Assembly: GCA_951406725.2 (NCBI GenBank)
Contig: OX597827.1
Location: 14,818,001 to 14,882,000, forward strand
Direction: 5' to 3'
Length of the DNA stretch: 64,000 bases
DNA from: Octopus vulgaris
Lineage: Eukaryota
In this document: positions 14,175-27,884 of the stretch, in pieces
Layout of the letters: every line of letters begins with the position of its first letter
Numbering within the stretch: the stretch's first letter is position 1
Notes under the pieces: model-generated
What the model was told of the DNA's origin: nothing
Databases searched by the model: none
Seen by the model: only the letters and a program-made list of their open reading frames with translations
Position numbers and translations under genes: made by a program

Positions 14175-14274
14175 TTTATTTTGGTGGATATATCTTTCCA
14201 CAATTTCATATGTTCACTCTAAGTTATCATTGCTGCTTTGATTGCTAGTGGTTGCAGTGTTCTTTTGCTGTTAT

Positions 14275-14391
14275 TGATAATGATGATGATGGTGATGATG
14301 ATGATAATGACGATGATGATGATGGTGATGATGATGATAATGACGATGATGATGATGGTGATGATGATGATAATGACGATGATGATGGTGA

Positions 14392-14422
<31 letters not shown>

Positions 14423-14737
14423 GATGATGATGATAATGACGATGATGATGATGGTGATGATGATGATAATGACGATGATGATGATGATGAGGATGATGAG
14501 GACAACAATGACGACGACGATGATGACAATGATGATGATGGTGACAATGAACAATGACAATGACAGCAATGACAATAATGATAATGATGATGAATGTGAT
14601 GACAGTGGTGGTGGTGGTGGTGGTGGTGGTGGTGGTGTTAGTGGTGGTGCTGATGATGATGGCAATAGCAATCACAATGATGATGATGATGATGGCTATG
14701 ATTATGATAATGGTGAATGGAGTGATGGTTTTGCTGT

Positions 14738-14794
<57 letters not shown>

Positions 14795-14882
14795 CGATCA
14801 TGATGATTATCATCCTTATGATGATGATGATGATGACAACAATGATGAAGACAATGATCATGATGATGATGATGATGATAAC

Positions 14883-14917
<35 letters not shown>

Positions 14918-14990
14918 CGACGACGATCATGATGATTATCATCCTTATGACGATGATGATGATCATGATGATCATGATGCTGACGGTGTT
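14275..14990. repeat. About 700-bp (GAT)n-based compound microsatellite with higher-order ~33-bp periodicity at the left end
   Basis: Direct inspection; source of poly-Asp/poly-Met pseudo-ORFs. Confidence 0.92.
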
Positions 14991-15616
14991 GTTGTTTATA
15001 CAGAGGTAGTCAACATTAGCAATATCCAGCTGCAGTAAGCAGTAGTTCTATGGTGGTATAGCAGTAGCCAATCAAATACTTCGGAGCAATACTTATAGAT
15101 GTAACACTCCGGATATGCCGTGCATCAGTCTGGGACCATGTTGCACATCCCATCAACTGGTGGGAAATCAGATGCAACAGTCAGGTCATGCTGCATCTGG
15201 GTTTTTTTTTTTTTTTCCATAATCGCATCCGGTTAATAAATAACGAAAATATTTCTTGTCAGTTCCACAGATGGACAATGTTATGTTGTTGTTATTATTG
15301 TTGTTATTGCTGCTGTTGTTGTTGTTATTGAATCTCCTAGTTGCCCTGACTGAACATGTCTGTGTTCAAATGTATTTCAGCCATGATCATCCTGTCTGCT
15401 CGACATTGTCTAAAGCGTTTTTATTTTTTAAAACTTTTTTTTTAATACAGCAAAGAGTGATTTGTGAGAAATTTGACTGCTCTTTCTAGCTTTCTAGTAG
15501 AATGACCTATCACATAATGGCTCCTCTTTTTGGCTCAAGAAAAAAGGAATGGAATGTGATATCAGTTGGAATGTAGAACTCTGAATTCCTGGAGTTCACA
15601 TAGGTTAGTTAATAAT

Positions 15617-15782
15617 AGGCGCAGGAGTGGCTGTGTGGTAAGTAGCTTGCTTACTGACCACATGGTTCCAGGTTCAGTCCCACTGCATGGCACCTTGGGC
15701 GGTTGTCTTCTACTATAGCCTCAGGCCGACCAAAGCCTTGTGAGTGGATTTGGTAGATGGAAACTGAAAGAAGCCCATCGTA

Positions 15783-15830
<48 letters not shown>

Positions 15831-16039
15831 CATGTTTGTATGCCTGTGTTTGTCCCCACAACATCGCTTCACAACTGGTGTGTTTATATCCCCGTCACTT
15901 AGCGGTTCGGCAAAAGAGACCGATAGAATAAGTACTGAGCTTACAAAGAATAAGTCCCGGGGTCGAGTTACTCGATTAAAGGCAGTGCTCCAGCATGGCC
16001 ACAGTCAAATGACTGAAACAAGTAAAAGAGTAAAAGAGT
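15617..16039 (+). mobile_element. SINE family A, full length
   Basis: Starts aggcgcaggagtggctgtgtggtaag (A-box-like), ggttcagtccc B-box-like, ends in gtaaaaga repeats. Confidence 0.92.
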
Positions 16040-16315
16040 TACCTTTTTTTTTTTACCTGTCCCCTCACTACTTGACATCTAGTGTTGATTTGTTTACATC
16101 CCTGTAACTTAGCAGCTTGGCAAAAGAGACTGATCGAATAAGTATAAAAACTTAATAAACAAATACTGGGATTTATGTTCCACTAAAATCCTTCAAGGAG
16201 TTGTCCCTGCATGGCTGCCATCTGGTGACCGAAATGAGTAAATGATGAAATGCTGAAGTGATTGGGAATACTTTGTAGCAATAGCAATATTAAATCTCTT
16301 GGTACTTGACTGCTG

Positions 16316-16690
16316 TGGAGGCGCAATGGCCCAGTGGTTAGGGCAGCGGACTCGCGATCATAGGATCGCGGTTTTGATTCCCAGACTGGGCGTTGTGAGT
16401 GTTTATTGAGCGAAAACACCTAAAAGCTCCACGAGGCTCCGGCAGGGGATGGCGGTGATCTTTCACCACAACTTTCTCTCACTCTTACTTCCTGTTTCTG
16501 TTGTACCTGTATTTCAAGGGGCCGGCCTTGTCACTCTCTGTGTCACGCTGAATATCCCCGAGAACTTAAGGGTGCACGTGTCTGTGGAGTGCTCAGCCAC
16601 TTACACGTTAATTTCACGAGCAGGCTGTTCCGTTGATTCGGATCAACTGGAACCCTCATCGTCGTAACCGACGGAGTGCTTCCATCCACT
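16316..16690 (+). mobile_element. tRNA-derived SINE family B
   Basis: tRNA-like head ggcgcaatggcccagtggttagggcagcggactcgcg...gattcccagac; second copy at 25870. Confidence 0.85.
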
Positions 16691-16961
16691 AGACTGCTAT
16701 TTTATTTTATCAACCCTGGAAGAAGGAATGACAAAACTGCTCCCCAGCAAGATTTGAAATCAGAACGTAATTGGTGGCAACTAAATACAGCAGTTCTAAT
16801 GGATATCTCACAAACGCTGGTATATATTTCAAACAACTTATTGAAGTTAGCTATGTAGAAGGTATAGCATGGATTGTCTGGCCTAGATTTGAACTTTGAG
16901 AGCCACGAGTTCAGAGTCCAGTACCATAAACCCCAACCCCGACAGCTTTATACCTCTAAGC

Positions 16962-17181
16962 CAGTGGTTTTCAACCAGGGTTCCTCGGAACCGTAGGATT
17001 CTGCCAGTATAGTCCAGGGGTTCTGCAAGAAGTTACAAAACTGCTAAAATCGGCAGTAATTTTTAATTCTCCTGTGCAGATATGTGTGCATAAGACTATT
17101 AAATTATTGCATAGGGGTTCCTCGAGCCAGTGGAATGTTTCCCTGGGGTTTCGCTCCAGCAAAAAAGTTTGAAAAGCACTG
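16962..17181. mobile_element. hAT (Charlie-like) MITE
   Basis: TIRs cagtggttttcaa / ttgaaaagcactg; 8-bp TSD ctctaagc / ctctaaac (7 of 8), fitting the hAT-Charlie TCTA(G/A)A-type target. Confidence 0.88.
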
Positions 17182-17696
17182 CTCTAAACATTTATTAAGA
17201 ATGATGGATGAATAACAGGCCTGAACATGGTGAGAGTTGTTGTCTTAAAACTTGTATTAAAATAACTATTTTCAGTTTCTGTTAGAATTATATGACTTCT
17301 ATATTGATTTCTTATATTGGCAGTCGACCAAGGTAGAGATATAGTCGATTGAATTGGCTCCGGTACATTATTGGTACTCCAGAAAAGACTCAAACTCTAC
17401 AAGATTGAAAGCAAAGTTGACCCCAGAGGTATTTCAACTCAGAAATGTAGACAAATAAAAGCTAGATATTATTGCAGGGCATTTATTGCAGTGCAGTACA
17501 GTTCTAGTACTAGCACTGCATGCATGCATGTATATATATATGTATGTATGTATGTATGCATGTATGTATGTATGTATGTATGTATGTATGTATGCATGCA
17601 TGTATGTATATACCCATACACACACACACACACATAGGTCTCATCTGATCCTTGCAATCATGGAAAAGTAGCATTTAAAATTATGACAATGATATG

Positions 17697-17757
<61 letters not shown>

Positions 17758-17775
17758 ATGTGTGTGTATAAATAC

Positions 17776-17826
<51 letters not shown>

Positions 17827-17931
17827 CGTGTGTATATATATATATATAATACATATATAATACATATATATGTGTGCATTTGTAAACCAATTTAGCCTCT
17901 TTCATCTTCCCTTAGTGCACCTCTTCTAATT

Positions 17932-17967
<36 letters not shown>

Positions 17968-18516
17968 CACACATACATACATATATATATAAATATATAT
18001 ATATACATACATACATACATACATACATACGTACATATACATATATATATATATCTGCGCACGCACACACACACACACACATATACATATATGTGTGTGT
18101 ATATGTGTCTGTATGTATATATATGTGTGTGTATATGTGTGTGTATATATGTGTATATGTGTATATATGTGTGTGCATATATGTGTCTGTATGTATATAT
18201 ATATGCATACATCTACGTATTATAAATATGTGTGGGCATGCTTGTGTCTTCAAGATTATTTCTCAGGCAAATTTTTACACCAAAAGGACTAAGCAACTTA
18301 TCCATCCTGGGTTAAGTTTCTTTAGCTATTAAACCATGAAGAGACTTACTATAAGGCTCTTATATGTATACATTATATACTTTTAGATGTGCAGGAAAGC
18401 AAGGAATTTAATACCTTGATCTGGTAAAGAATAGATTATGTGATTACAGTGCTTGGTTAATTCTCAGATAGCCTTTCCGAATAGTCACCAAATTAGATGT
18501 CACTTCATGTTAATCA

Positions 18517-18742
18517 TTTACTCTTTTACTCTTTTACTTGTTTCAGTCATTTGACTGCAGCCATGCTGGAGCACCGCCTTTTTAGTCGAGCAAATCGACC
18601 CCGGGACTTATTCTTTTTTTGTAAGCCCAGTACTTATTCTATTGGTCTCTTTTTGCCGAACCGCTAAGTGACGGGGACGTAAACACACCAGCATCGGTTG
18701 TCAAGCAATGCTAGGGGGACAAACACAGACACACAAACACAT

Positions 18743-18801
<59 letters not shown>

Positions 18802-18968
18802 CACGACAGGCTTCTTTCAGTTTCCGTCTACCAAATCCACTCACAAGGCATTGGTCGGCCTGGGGCTATAGCAGGAGACACTTGCCCAAGGTGCCACGCA
18901 GTGGGAATGAACCCGGAACTATGTGGTTGGTTAGCAAGCTACTTACCACACAGCCACTCCTGCGCCTA
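18517..18968 (-). mobile_element. SINE family A, full length
   Basis: Reverse complement of family A. Confidence 0.92.
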
Positions 18969-19029
18969 TTTGCAGAGATTTTTTTCTTAAGTAGGTGCAT
19001 TCTTTTTTTTTTAACCTTCTCATGTCATA

Positions 19030-19260
19030 CCGACTCATAAGGGCTGGCTTTCCAGTTTCATGGCATATATATTCTGCACCTGGATGGGACGCCAGTCCAT
19101 CACAGGATTATTCCTTTTTTTGCCAGCTGAGTGGACTGGAGCAACATGAAATAAAGTGTTTCGCTCGGGAACACCATGTGTCACCCAGTCCAGGAATTGA
19201 AACCAGAATTGTACGATCATGAGTCCAATACTCTAACCACTAAGCCAAGTGCTTCCATGG
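19030..19260 (-). mobile_element. tRNA-derived SINE related to family B
   Basis: gccagctgagtggactggagcaacatgaaataaagtgtttcgctc block; related copies near 24940-25075, 35115-35360, 39917-40215, 63670-63805. Confidence 0.75.
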
Positions 19261-19376
19261 TTTTTAGATGTACCCAGAGAAAGGGTAGCAGAGGGGAAAT
19301 AATGTAAGGATGTGACATTCAGAAATATTTTTCTCAAGAGTAAATTGCTTCCAGATTGTTGCTGTTGTTGTCATTG

Positions 19377-19413
<37 letters not shown>

Positions 19414-20276
19414 TGCCATCACTGTTGTCGTCATCATCATCGTCATCATTGTCATTGTCATCATTGTTGCTGTAGTTGTCATCATTATTTAACAGTCATT
19501 TTCCAAACTGACATGCGTTGGTTAGATGATTCAACTGAAGCTCGCAGGCCCAGGGACTGCGTCAAGCTCCAATGTCTCCCTTGGCATGTCTCCTATCGCT
19601 AGGTGCTTTTCTTAATGCCAAGAACCTTACAGAGTGTACTGGATGCCTTTAAATGGCACCAGCACCTTTGAGATCACCAAATAAACCAGCAGGACAATAC
19701 AGTCCCCTGCCCTCAACTGAGAGTAGGAGAGTAGTATTGAGGAAGCTGGCTCTATACCAGGTGATGAGAGGTTAAAGCATGATAGAGAGACATAAACAGG
19801 TGTCTTACCACAGGTGAGGTACATGGGTGGCCCAACTGGAAAAGAAAGAGGATGGTGGTGAAGATGTGTAAGAGCATATTCCTAAGTTACAAGACAGTGA
19901 ATATAAGAGGAGTGGTATGGATAGGTAAGGAAGTTCATGTGTGTGTTAAGAGGTAAGTGGCAGATAGATAGAGATGGTGACAAAGGAAAATGCAGAGGGA
20001 GGTGAACATGGGTGAAGACATGATCAAACAGGAATCAGAACTAGGTTCTGGTTAAGGATTCAGTTGTGTGTACCTAAATTGCGATTAACTCGCTCTCAGC
20101 AGATGCTAAATAAAACATAATTTTCACAAATGGATTTTCTTCAAGACACTCCCAAATTGAAATTATTTATAATTAGATATATTAGGAACTATTTAATTAG
20201 TTAGAGAAAAACTCAAGATTTAGAATTTACTAGTAACCAGCTTTAAAGCCACACCCTGTGCAGACTTTTGAGTTAC

Positions 20277-20306
20277 CTCTTGTGGAGGGCGGAGGGCTAA
20301 TTGGTC
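20277..20306 (-). CDS. Possible 30-nt phase-0 micro-exon (DQLALRPPQE)
   Basis: Donor GAG|gtaact, acceptor ctgcag| with an upstream pyrimidine run; a competing AG 13 nt upstream would give a frameshifting 43-nt exon. Confidence 0.2.
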
Positions 20307-20874
20307 CTGCAGCCCAGAACTAAAGAGAGCTAAATAGTATGACTATACTACGTCTATAATAACTTTATGCTCTGGTGGAGTTTGATTAGGGGTTAAGGAC
20401 GGATGAGAATTAATTCTGTAATACAATCATTCTGTTGTTCCAGTCCCAGTTTGAATTCCAACTGTTGGCCAATTCGTCCCAAAATTCTTATCTCAATGTA
20501 AAATCAATGAAGTGAATGTCATTTATCTCCCCCTTGATTTCTGATGTCATTTGACAAATGCCAACCAAGATGGTGTGAATCAGTTAAGCTTTACCTGCTA
20601 GAAATAGCAACCCAAATGCTTTTAAATCAGATCCCAATAATGGATGTTCAAGAACCAAATGAAGGGCAGATTTTTAAAACAGGGACCATCCTGATTCCAA
20701 AGAGGTATAATATGTCTATGTAGAGCAAATGTAGACTGAGGCATTAGGGTCTTAGACGGACAGACAGAATTTCACTTTTATTATTATAGATTAGTATTAG
20801 AAAGTATTGACAGGCAAGAAATTACAGAAACTCTTACATTGTAACTGTTAATACATTCTAGTATATACTAGAAA

Positions 20875-22295
20875 CATTGGTTTCAAATTTTAGCACAAGG
20901 CCAGCAATTTTGGGAGAGGGGATAAGTCAAGGACATTGGCCACAGTGTTTAACTGGTACTTATTTTGTTAACCCTGAAAGGATGAAAGGTAAAGTCGACC
21001 TTAGCAGAATTTGAACTCAAACATAAAGAGAGACAAAATACTGCTAAGCATTTTGCCTGGCATACTAATGATTCTACCTGCTCACCATGTTAGTAATGCT
21101 TAGTAATGTTAGAGTGTACTAAAGCAGTGAGCTGGCAGAACCGTTATTCTGCCAGGCAAAATATTTGTGGCATTTCATTCGTCTTTACATTTTGAGTTCA
21201 AATTCTGCAGAGGTCAACTTTGCTTTTCATGCCTTTGAGTCGATAAAATAAGTAGCAGTCCAGCACGGAGTCTAATATAATCGACTTACCCACTCCCTCA
21301 AAATTGCTGGCTTTGTGCCAAAAATAGAAACCAATATTAAAATGTACTGGTTGTTGAATGTTATAATAGAATTAATTAATATTATAATAGCCCTTTCAAC
21401 TCGAAGCACAAGGCCTCAAATTTGGGGGAAGAGATTAAGCTGTTTACATTGACCCCAGCATGTAACTGGTACTTATTTAATCAGCCCTGTAAAGATGAAA
21501 GGCAAAGATGACCTCAGTGTAATTTGAACTCAGAGTGTAGCAACGGGCGAAATACCACTAAGCATTTCGCCCAGCATACTAACAATTCTGCCTGCTCACT
21601 GTTTTAATAAATGCTATAATAGTATTATAAGATATCATATGATTGTGACAATAGCATATATCTGAGATACTATAGTAAGATATAAGCATTTTAACGATAC
21701 CCCTTTACTTTTCTTGGGTCCTAGGACTCATAAGACTGTCTTCCACTTTCCATGACTCATAAGTGATTGAGATCACAGTATTGTCTCTGAATGGAACCCA
21801 GTCCATTGCAGGGTTCACTGCTAGCGATTTTGGAAGGAGGGAGCAGGTTGATTAAATTTACCCCAGTACTTGAGTGGTACTTTATTTTATCAACCCTGAA
21901 GTAATAAAAGGTAAAGTCGGCATCGGTGGGATTTGAACTCAGACTGTAAAGAGCTGGTAGAAATACTGCTAAGCACTTTGTCTGACATGCTAATGATTCT
22001 GCTAACCTGTTGCCTTATTATGATACTTAGATATGACTATAGTAATGTAACATTATGTATACCTATTTCTTTACTACCCACAAGGGGCTAAACACAGAGA
22101 GGACAAATAAGGACAGACAAAGGGATTAAGTCGATTATATCGACCCCAGTGCATAACTGGTACTTATTTAATCGACCCCGAAAGGATGAAAGACAAAGTC
22201 GACCTCGGCGGAATTTGAACTCAGAACGTAGCGGCAGACGAAATACCGCTAAGAATTTCGCCCGGCGTGCTAACGTTTCTGCCAGCTCGCCACCT
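20875..22295. mobile_element. Cluster of about 5 SINE family C copies in mixed orientation; least diverged copy 22063-22295 on minus strand
   Basis: Shared ggcgagctggcagaaacgttagc...gagttcaaattccgccgaggtcgactttg...aagtaccag blocks. Confidence 0.82.
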
Positions 22296-22795
22296 TGATG
22301 TAACATTATGTATACCAGTGTGTGTGTGTGTATGTGTGTATGTCACATGAAACAAATATAGAATTGTACAAAATTATGTAAACATTTATGATTGAAAGTC
22401 ACTGTGACAACAATACAGCTGTAATTTATTCTTGTAAATACACAAGTGAAGAAACATAATCACATTTCTATGACTGAGAAAATGTTATGATGAAGATCAG
22501 AAAAGGGTGGACATTATAACATAATATATATCTTAGGGTAAGGTCATACATTAAGACAGAAATATAGTGGAGGTAAAATCAAAGACAATACAACAGAATC
22601 AATATTACAGTGGAAATGATCATGATCAAAGAAAGCCAAAGTTTCATATAAAGCCATTTTTGAGTTCGCTTCCAATCAAAATTCAATTTCACAGAGAAGA
22701 GAACAATTGAAGTGGTAACATTCATCATTCATGCATCGCCCACAGATATTATTGATATAAGGGAAATATACATACATATATATTTGTGTGTGTGT

Positions 22796-22831
<36 letters not shown>

Positions 22832-22892
22832 CTATATATGTATATGTATGTATATATGTATGTATATATATATATATGTATATATATATATG

Positions 22893-22952
<60 letters not shown>

Positions 22953-22969
22953 AATATACATATATACAT

Positions 22970-23008
<39 letters not shown>

Positions 23009-23153
23009 GGTGTTGGATGGCTGTGCATTTGAGAAGCTTGTTTCCCAACTATGTAAACTCAAGTTCAGCCTACTACAGCATTGGGCTGACTAAAACCTTC
23101 TGAATGGATTTGGTAGATGGAATTAAAAGAAGCCTGTTATATATATATATATA

Positions 23154-23380
23154 GGGAGAGTTTACGAAAAAAACAAAAGACGAAGACAGGTGGTGTACAA
23201 AACAAACAGATGTATTAGTATAACGCTCAGGAATAGAAAAAGTCTTTTATGTTTCGAGCCTACGCTCTTCTGCAGAAAGGTACACAGCAAAAACAAGGAG
23301 AGAAACAAGGAGAGAAAAAAGGAGAGAAAAAAAGGGAGAGAAAAAAGGAGAGAAAAAAGGAGAGAAAAAAGGAGAGAAAA
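23154..23380 (-). mobile_element. (TA)n-flanked short element (family D) with hammerhead-like core at 23244-23279
   Basis: Minus strand cttt-CTGCAGA-a-gagc(gtag)gctc-GAAA-ca-TA-aaag; homologous copies at 38245, 39585, 62522. Confidence 0.7.
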
Positions 23381-23681
23381 ATATTCATATATGTATATAT
23401 GTATGTATGTATGTATGCACATGTGTACAAGTGCACCATTTTCTTGGCATAATTTGATGGCTGTAAATAAGTATCACCATCATACAAGTGGTGTTGTTCA
23501 TTTCCACTCATGTGTGAGAAAAATATCCATCCTTGGGAATATAACTTACTTGGAAACAAGTGACAGTTGGTGCCAGGACGAGCATCCAACCTTGGAAAAT
23601 CTACCACAGCAAAATTTATCTGTCCCATGCAAGCATGCTAAAATGGATATTAAACATTGATGATGTTGATATATATATATA

Positions 23682-23884
23682 TACTCTTTTACTTGTTTCA
23701 GCCATTTGACTTCAGCCATGCTGGAGCACCACCTTTAGTTGAATAAATCGACCCCAGGACTTATTTTTTGTAAGCCTAGTACTTATTCTATTGGTCACTT
23801 TTTCCGAACTGCTAAGTTATGGGAACATAAACACACCAACATCGGTTGTCAAGCGATGGTTGGGGGACAAACATAGACACACAA

Positions 23885-23924
<40 letters not shown>

Positions 23925-24050
23925 ACAGTCTTCTTTCAGCTTCCGTCTACTCACAAGGCTTTGGTCGGGCCTAGGCTATAGTAGGAGACACTTGCCCAAG
24001 TTACCATGCGGTGGGATTGAACCAAGAACCATGTCGTTAGGAAGCATGCT
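23682..24050 (-). mobile_element. SINE family A
   Basis: Family A blocks. Confidence 0.85.
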
Positions 24051-24174
24051 TATGATGTACCATCCATTAGTATAAAACTTGGTTTGTTAAGAGATTTTCA
24101 TGAGCTGCTTCCATGACATAAACAGAACATAATATATTTGTGTGTTTGTACGTGTGTGTGTGTATATATATATA

Positions 24175-24572
24175 CTGTACTGAGGTGTTCTGTGAACATT
24201 GATAGAAGGGGAAGATTAGGAAATGAGGATTAAGATTCCTAGCACACCTTTCTATGTGTTCACTAACCTGTATCTGTCTGTATTGTGGGGGGTGGGGTGG
24301 ATTTGTTCTTTGTGGAGAGTGCTTCTTCGACGGAGTGACATTCCTGTTTTGGCCAATATAATTATTACCACGCCCTAAGCATGTAATGGCATAGATTAGA
24401 TTTTCTGAGGCACAGGTGAAATTTGATTTAATCTTAAATATTTCACCTTGTTTAAAGTGGAATTCTGAACCCTCCAAAAAGGTGGGGGCATGTACCACAG
24501 TTAGGTCGACCACATTTTTTCACTTTTGGTTCAGTTGTTAATGGATATAGTCTTGCGCTGGTTAAGATTTAT
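24175..24572 (-). mobile_element. Penelope-like element fragment: Cys-rich linker plus GIY-YIG endonuclease
   Basis: With frameshifts reads ILTSARLYPLTTEPKVKKCGRPNCGTCPHL / EGSEFHFKQGEIFKIKSNFTCASENLIYAITCLGRGNNYIGQ / TGMSLRRRSTLHKEQI / PQYRQIQVSEHIERCA; (TA)n on both sides. Confidence 0.88.
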
Positions 24573-24605
24573 ATGTATATATATATATATATGTAAATAT
24601 ATATG

Positions 24606-24655
<50 letters not shown>

Positions 24656-25118
24656 TATATATGTTGACGTCATGAAAATTTATAAACTTAGAATGTGAAA
24701 TAATTCTTTCTTGGAATGCTGAATTTGAAAGCAGAAAAAGCTATAAATAATAGCATGTAAATATGCTATTGAAAGACCATGGGATTGCACCTTGAAATTT
24801 CCCCTCCAAGGCACAAGTCCAGGCAAGCTTTTTATGGAAGCCCAGCAATCACCCATGCATACCAGCCTCCTGTCTCCACACCACCGATGTTATCCAAGGG
24901 ATAGGCAAAGGCCAATACAGCTTGGCACCAGTGATGTCACAACTCATTTCTACAGCTGAGCAAAGTGAAATAGAGTATCTTGCTCAAAAACACAAACATG
25001 CAGCCTGGTCCAGGAATCGAACTCACTACCTCATGATCATGAGTCTGATGCTCTAACCACTGAGCCATATGCCTTATGTTTGCATGCAAGTATCTGTATA
25101 TGTGTGTGTATTTACATA

Positions 25119-25533
25119 CTCTTTACTCTTTACTCTTTTACTTGTTTCAGTCATTTGACTGCGGCCATGCTGGAGCATCGCCTTTAGTCGAGCAAATCGA
25201 CCCCGGGACTTATTCTTTGTAAGCCCAGTACTTATTCCATCGGCCTCTTTTGCCGAACCACTAAGTGACGGGGACGTAAACACACCAGCATCGGTTGTCA
25301 AGCAATGCTAGGGGGACAAATACACACACACACGCACATACACACATATATATATATATACATATATACGACAGGCTTCTTTCAGTTTTCGTCTACCAAA
25401 TCCACTCACAAAGCATTGGTCGGCCCGGGGCTATAGCAGAAGACACTTTCCCAAGATGCCACGCAGTGGGACTGAACCCGGAACCATGTGGTTGGTTAGC
25501 AAGCTACTTACCACACAGCCACTCCTGTGCCTA
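25119..25533 (-). mobile_element. SINE family A, full length
   Basis: Reverse complement of family A. Confidence 0.92.
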
Positions 25534-25869
25534 TATACTCACACATATAAATTATTATGTCATTATATCGTTATAAATTATTTGTTATATTTATCATAAT
25601 ACATACATAATTTACACGCATATGTATGCACACATACACACACGCACATACATATGCACACATATACACACATATGTACAATGTTTTTATTATGATATCA
25701 TTCATTCTTTCATTCATTCAACATTCATTTCCCCAAGCTAGCATGTGTTGGACAGATATTTATGTGCATCCTATTCATCTGTTTCTCTCTCTCTCTCTCT
25801 CTCTTTCTTTCTCACACTCTCTCTCTCTCTCTTTATATATATACATATATCTATATATATACGCATGTG

Positions 25870-26165
25870 TTGGCGCAATGGCCTAGTGGTTAGGGCAGCG
25901 GACTTGCGGTCGCAGGATTGCGGTTTCGATTCCCAGACCGGGCGTTGTGAGTGTTTATTGAGCGAAAACACCTAAAAGCTCCACGAGGCTCCGGCAGGGG
26001 GTGGTGATCCCTGCTGTACTCTTTCACCACTCTTTCTCCCACTCTTTCTTCTGTTGGCCTGCTCACTTAGCCAGCGGGGTGGCATCAATCGAAGGCTAAA
26101 ACAATGCGAACGCATTGTGACCAGCGATGTGTAACAACATCTAATGGTCTGGTCGGTCACGTGAT
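25870..26165 (+). mobile_element. SINE family B
   Basis: Same tRNA-like head as 16316 copy, different 3' body. Confidence 0.85.
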
Positions 26166-26242
26166 TACGTGATATATATATACATATACACACATGCATA
26201 CATATATGCATACATATGTACATACATACCTACATAAATATG

Positions 26243-26285
<43 letters not shown>

Positions 26286-26421
26286 AATAAGAAGCTTGCT
26301 TCCTGACTGCATGGTTCTGGGCTCAGTCCCACTGCATGGCACCTTGGATAAGGGCTTTCTACTATATCCCCAACCAAAACCTTATGAGTGGATTTGGCAA
26401 AGAGAAACTGAAAGAAGACTG

Positions 26422-26461
<40 letters not shown>

Positions 26462-26629
26462 ATAATAACAATTATAATAATAATAAATCTAGACAAATAA
26501 GTATAAGTCAATTAGTGTGTTTAAATGTTAAGCAGAACACCAGGACAGTTTAGGCTACCTGTTGTCATCTACAGATGTGGTACACTTCCTTACGACCTAC
26601 TTCAAGAACTCTGCAGTGACACTTAGGGT

Positions 26630-26723
26630 TATAGTATTAATTAATAGTAGGAGATGGATTTTGCATTTGATTTTTTAAAAAGTCTAATACAAAATCCATC
26701 TCCTACAATTAATTAATACTATA
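26630..26723. repeat. Imperfect 94-bp palindrome
   Basis: tatagtattaattaatagtaggagatggattttg pairs with caaaatccatctcctacaattaattaatactata. Confidence 0.85.
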
Positions 26724-26725
26724 TT

Positions 26726-26760
<35 letters not shown>

Positions 26761-26844
26761 GTACATATATATATACATATATATATATATTTCTTTACTA
26801 CCCACAAGGGGATAAACATAGACGGGACAAACAAGGACAGACAA

Positions 26845-26927
<83 letters not shown>

Positions 26928-27082
26928 CACATATATATACTCAAAATAAGCAACAAGAGTAACTCCAGTTATTCTTGTTGCTTATTTTGATTATAATCAC
27001 CCCATGGATTTATATGGATAACACCATACAAAATTCTGGTGCATCTAACTTAAGTACCCTATTCATTTGAATCTAAATTTTG

Positions 27083-27133
<51 letters not shown>

Positions 27134-27165
27134 GTATATATACACACATATATATATATATATAT

Positions 27166-27355
27166 ATTTATTTTATAGAAGGAGCTTCTACAGGACTAGA
27201 ACTGTTTCATTCAAAAGAAATCATCAGGATGATTTCTTTTGAATGAAACAGTTCTAGTCCTGTAGAAGCTCCTTCTATAAAATAAATTAATTTACTCTGC
27301 TATGTATTGAGTACCTTATTTACTGTGGTTAACCCCGACTCAACCCGGGACCTAC
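27166..27355. mobile_element. Fold-back element in (TA)n: 60-bp arms (27166-27287) with hammerhead-like CTGATGA...GAAA core at the apex
   Basis: Arms pair around a 2-nt loop; minus strand reads cCTGATGA-tttcttttgaat-GAAA-cagtt. Confidence 0.7.
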
Positions 27356-27384
27356 ATATATATATATATACATATATACATATA

Positions 27385-27419
<35 letters not shown>

Positions 27420-27824
27420 GTGTATGTATATGTATCTTTGTGTTTGTTTGTGTCTGTGTTTGAGGGCCCCCCCCCCCCGCCAACGATTGTCAACCAATGC
27501 TGGTGTGTTTACATCCCGGTAACCTAGTGGCTTTGCAAAAGTGACTGATAGAATAAGTACAAGGCTTACAAAAAAAATAAGTCTTGGGGGTCAATTTCTT
27601 TGATTAAAACCCTTTAAGGTGGTGCTCCAGCATGGCCACAGTCAAATGGCTGAAACAAGTAACAGACCATCAATAAGTGTTTGAGTGTATTTTTATGCAA
27701 AAGGTGCAAACAGAGTACTCAATACTCAAAAGTAGAGCGAAAAACGAAATGCAATCCAGTATACATGCATCCAAAATACACCAGGAAGTACGAATATTAA
27801 TATTGAAATACATACATAGACATG

Positions 27825-27877
<53 letters not shown>

Positions 27878-27884
27878 ACATGTA

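Noticed and set aside
14238-15038. 266-aa Met/Asp-rich ORF resembling an acidic biomineral or reflectin-like protein
   Set aside because: (GAT)n microsatellite open in several frames on both strands; no reflectin motif or convincing splice structure
16316-16390. tRNA gene
   Set aside because: The tRNA-like head continues into a repeated SINE body; not a stand-alone tRNA
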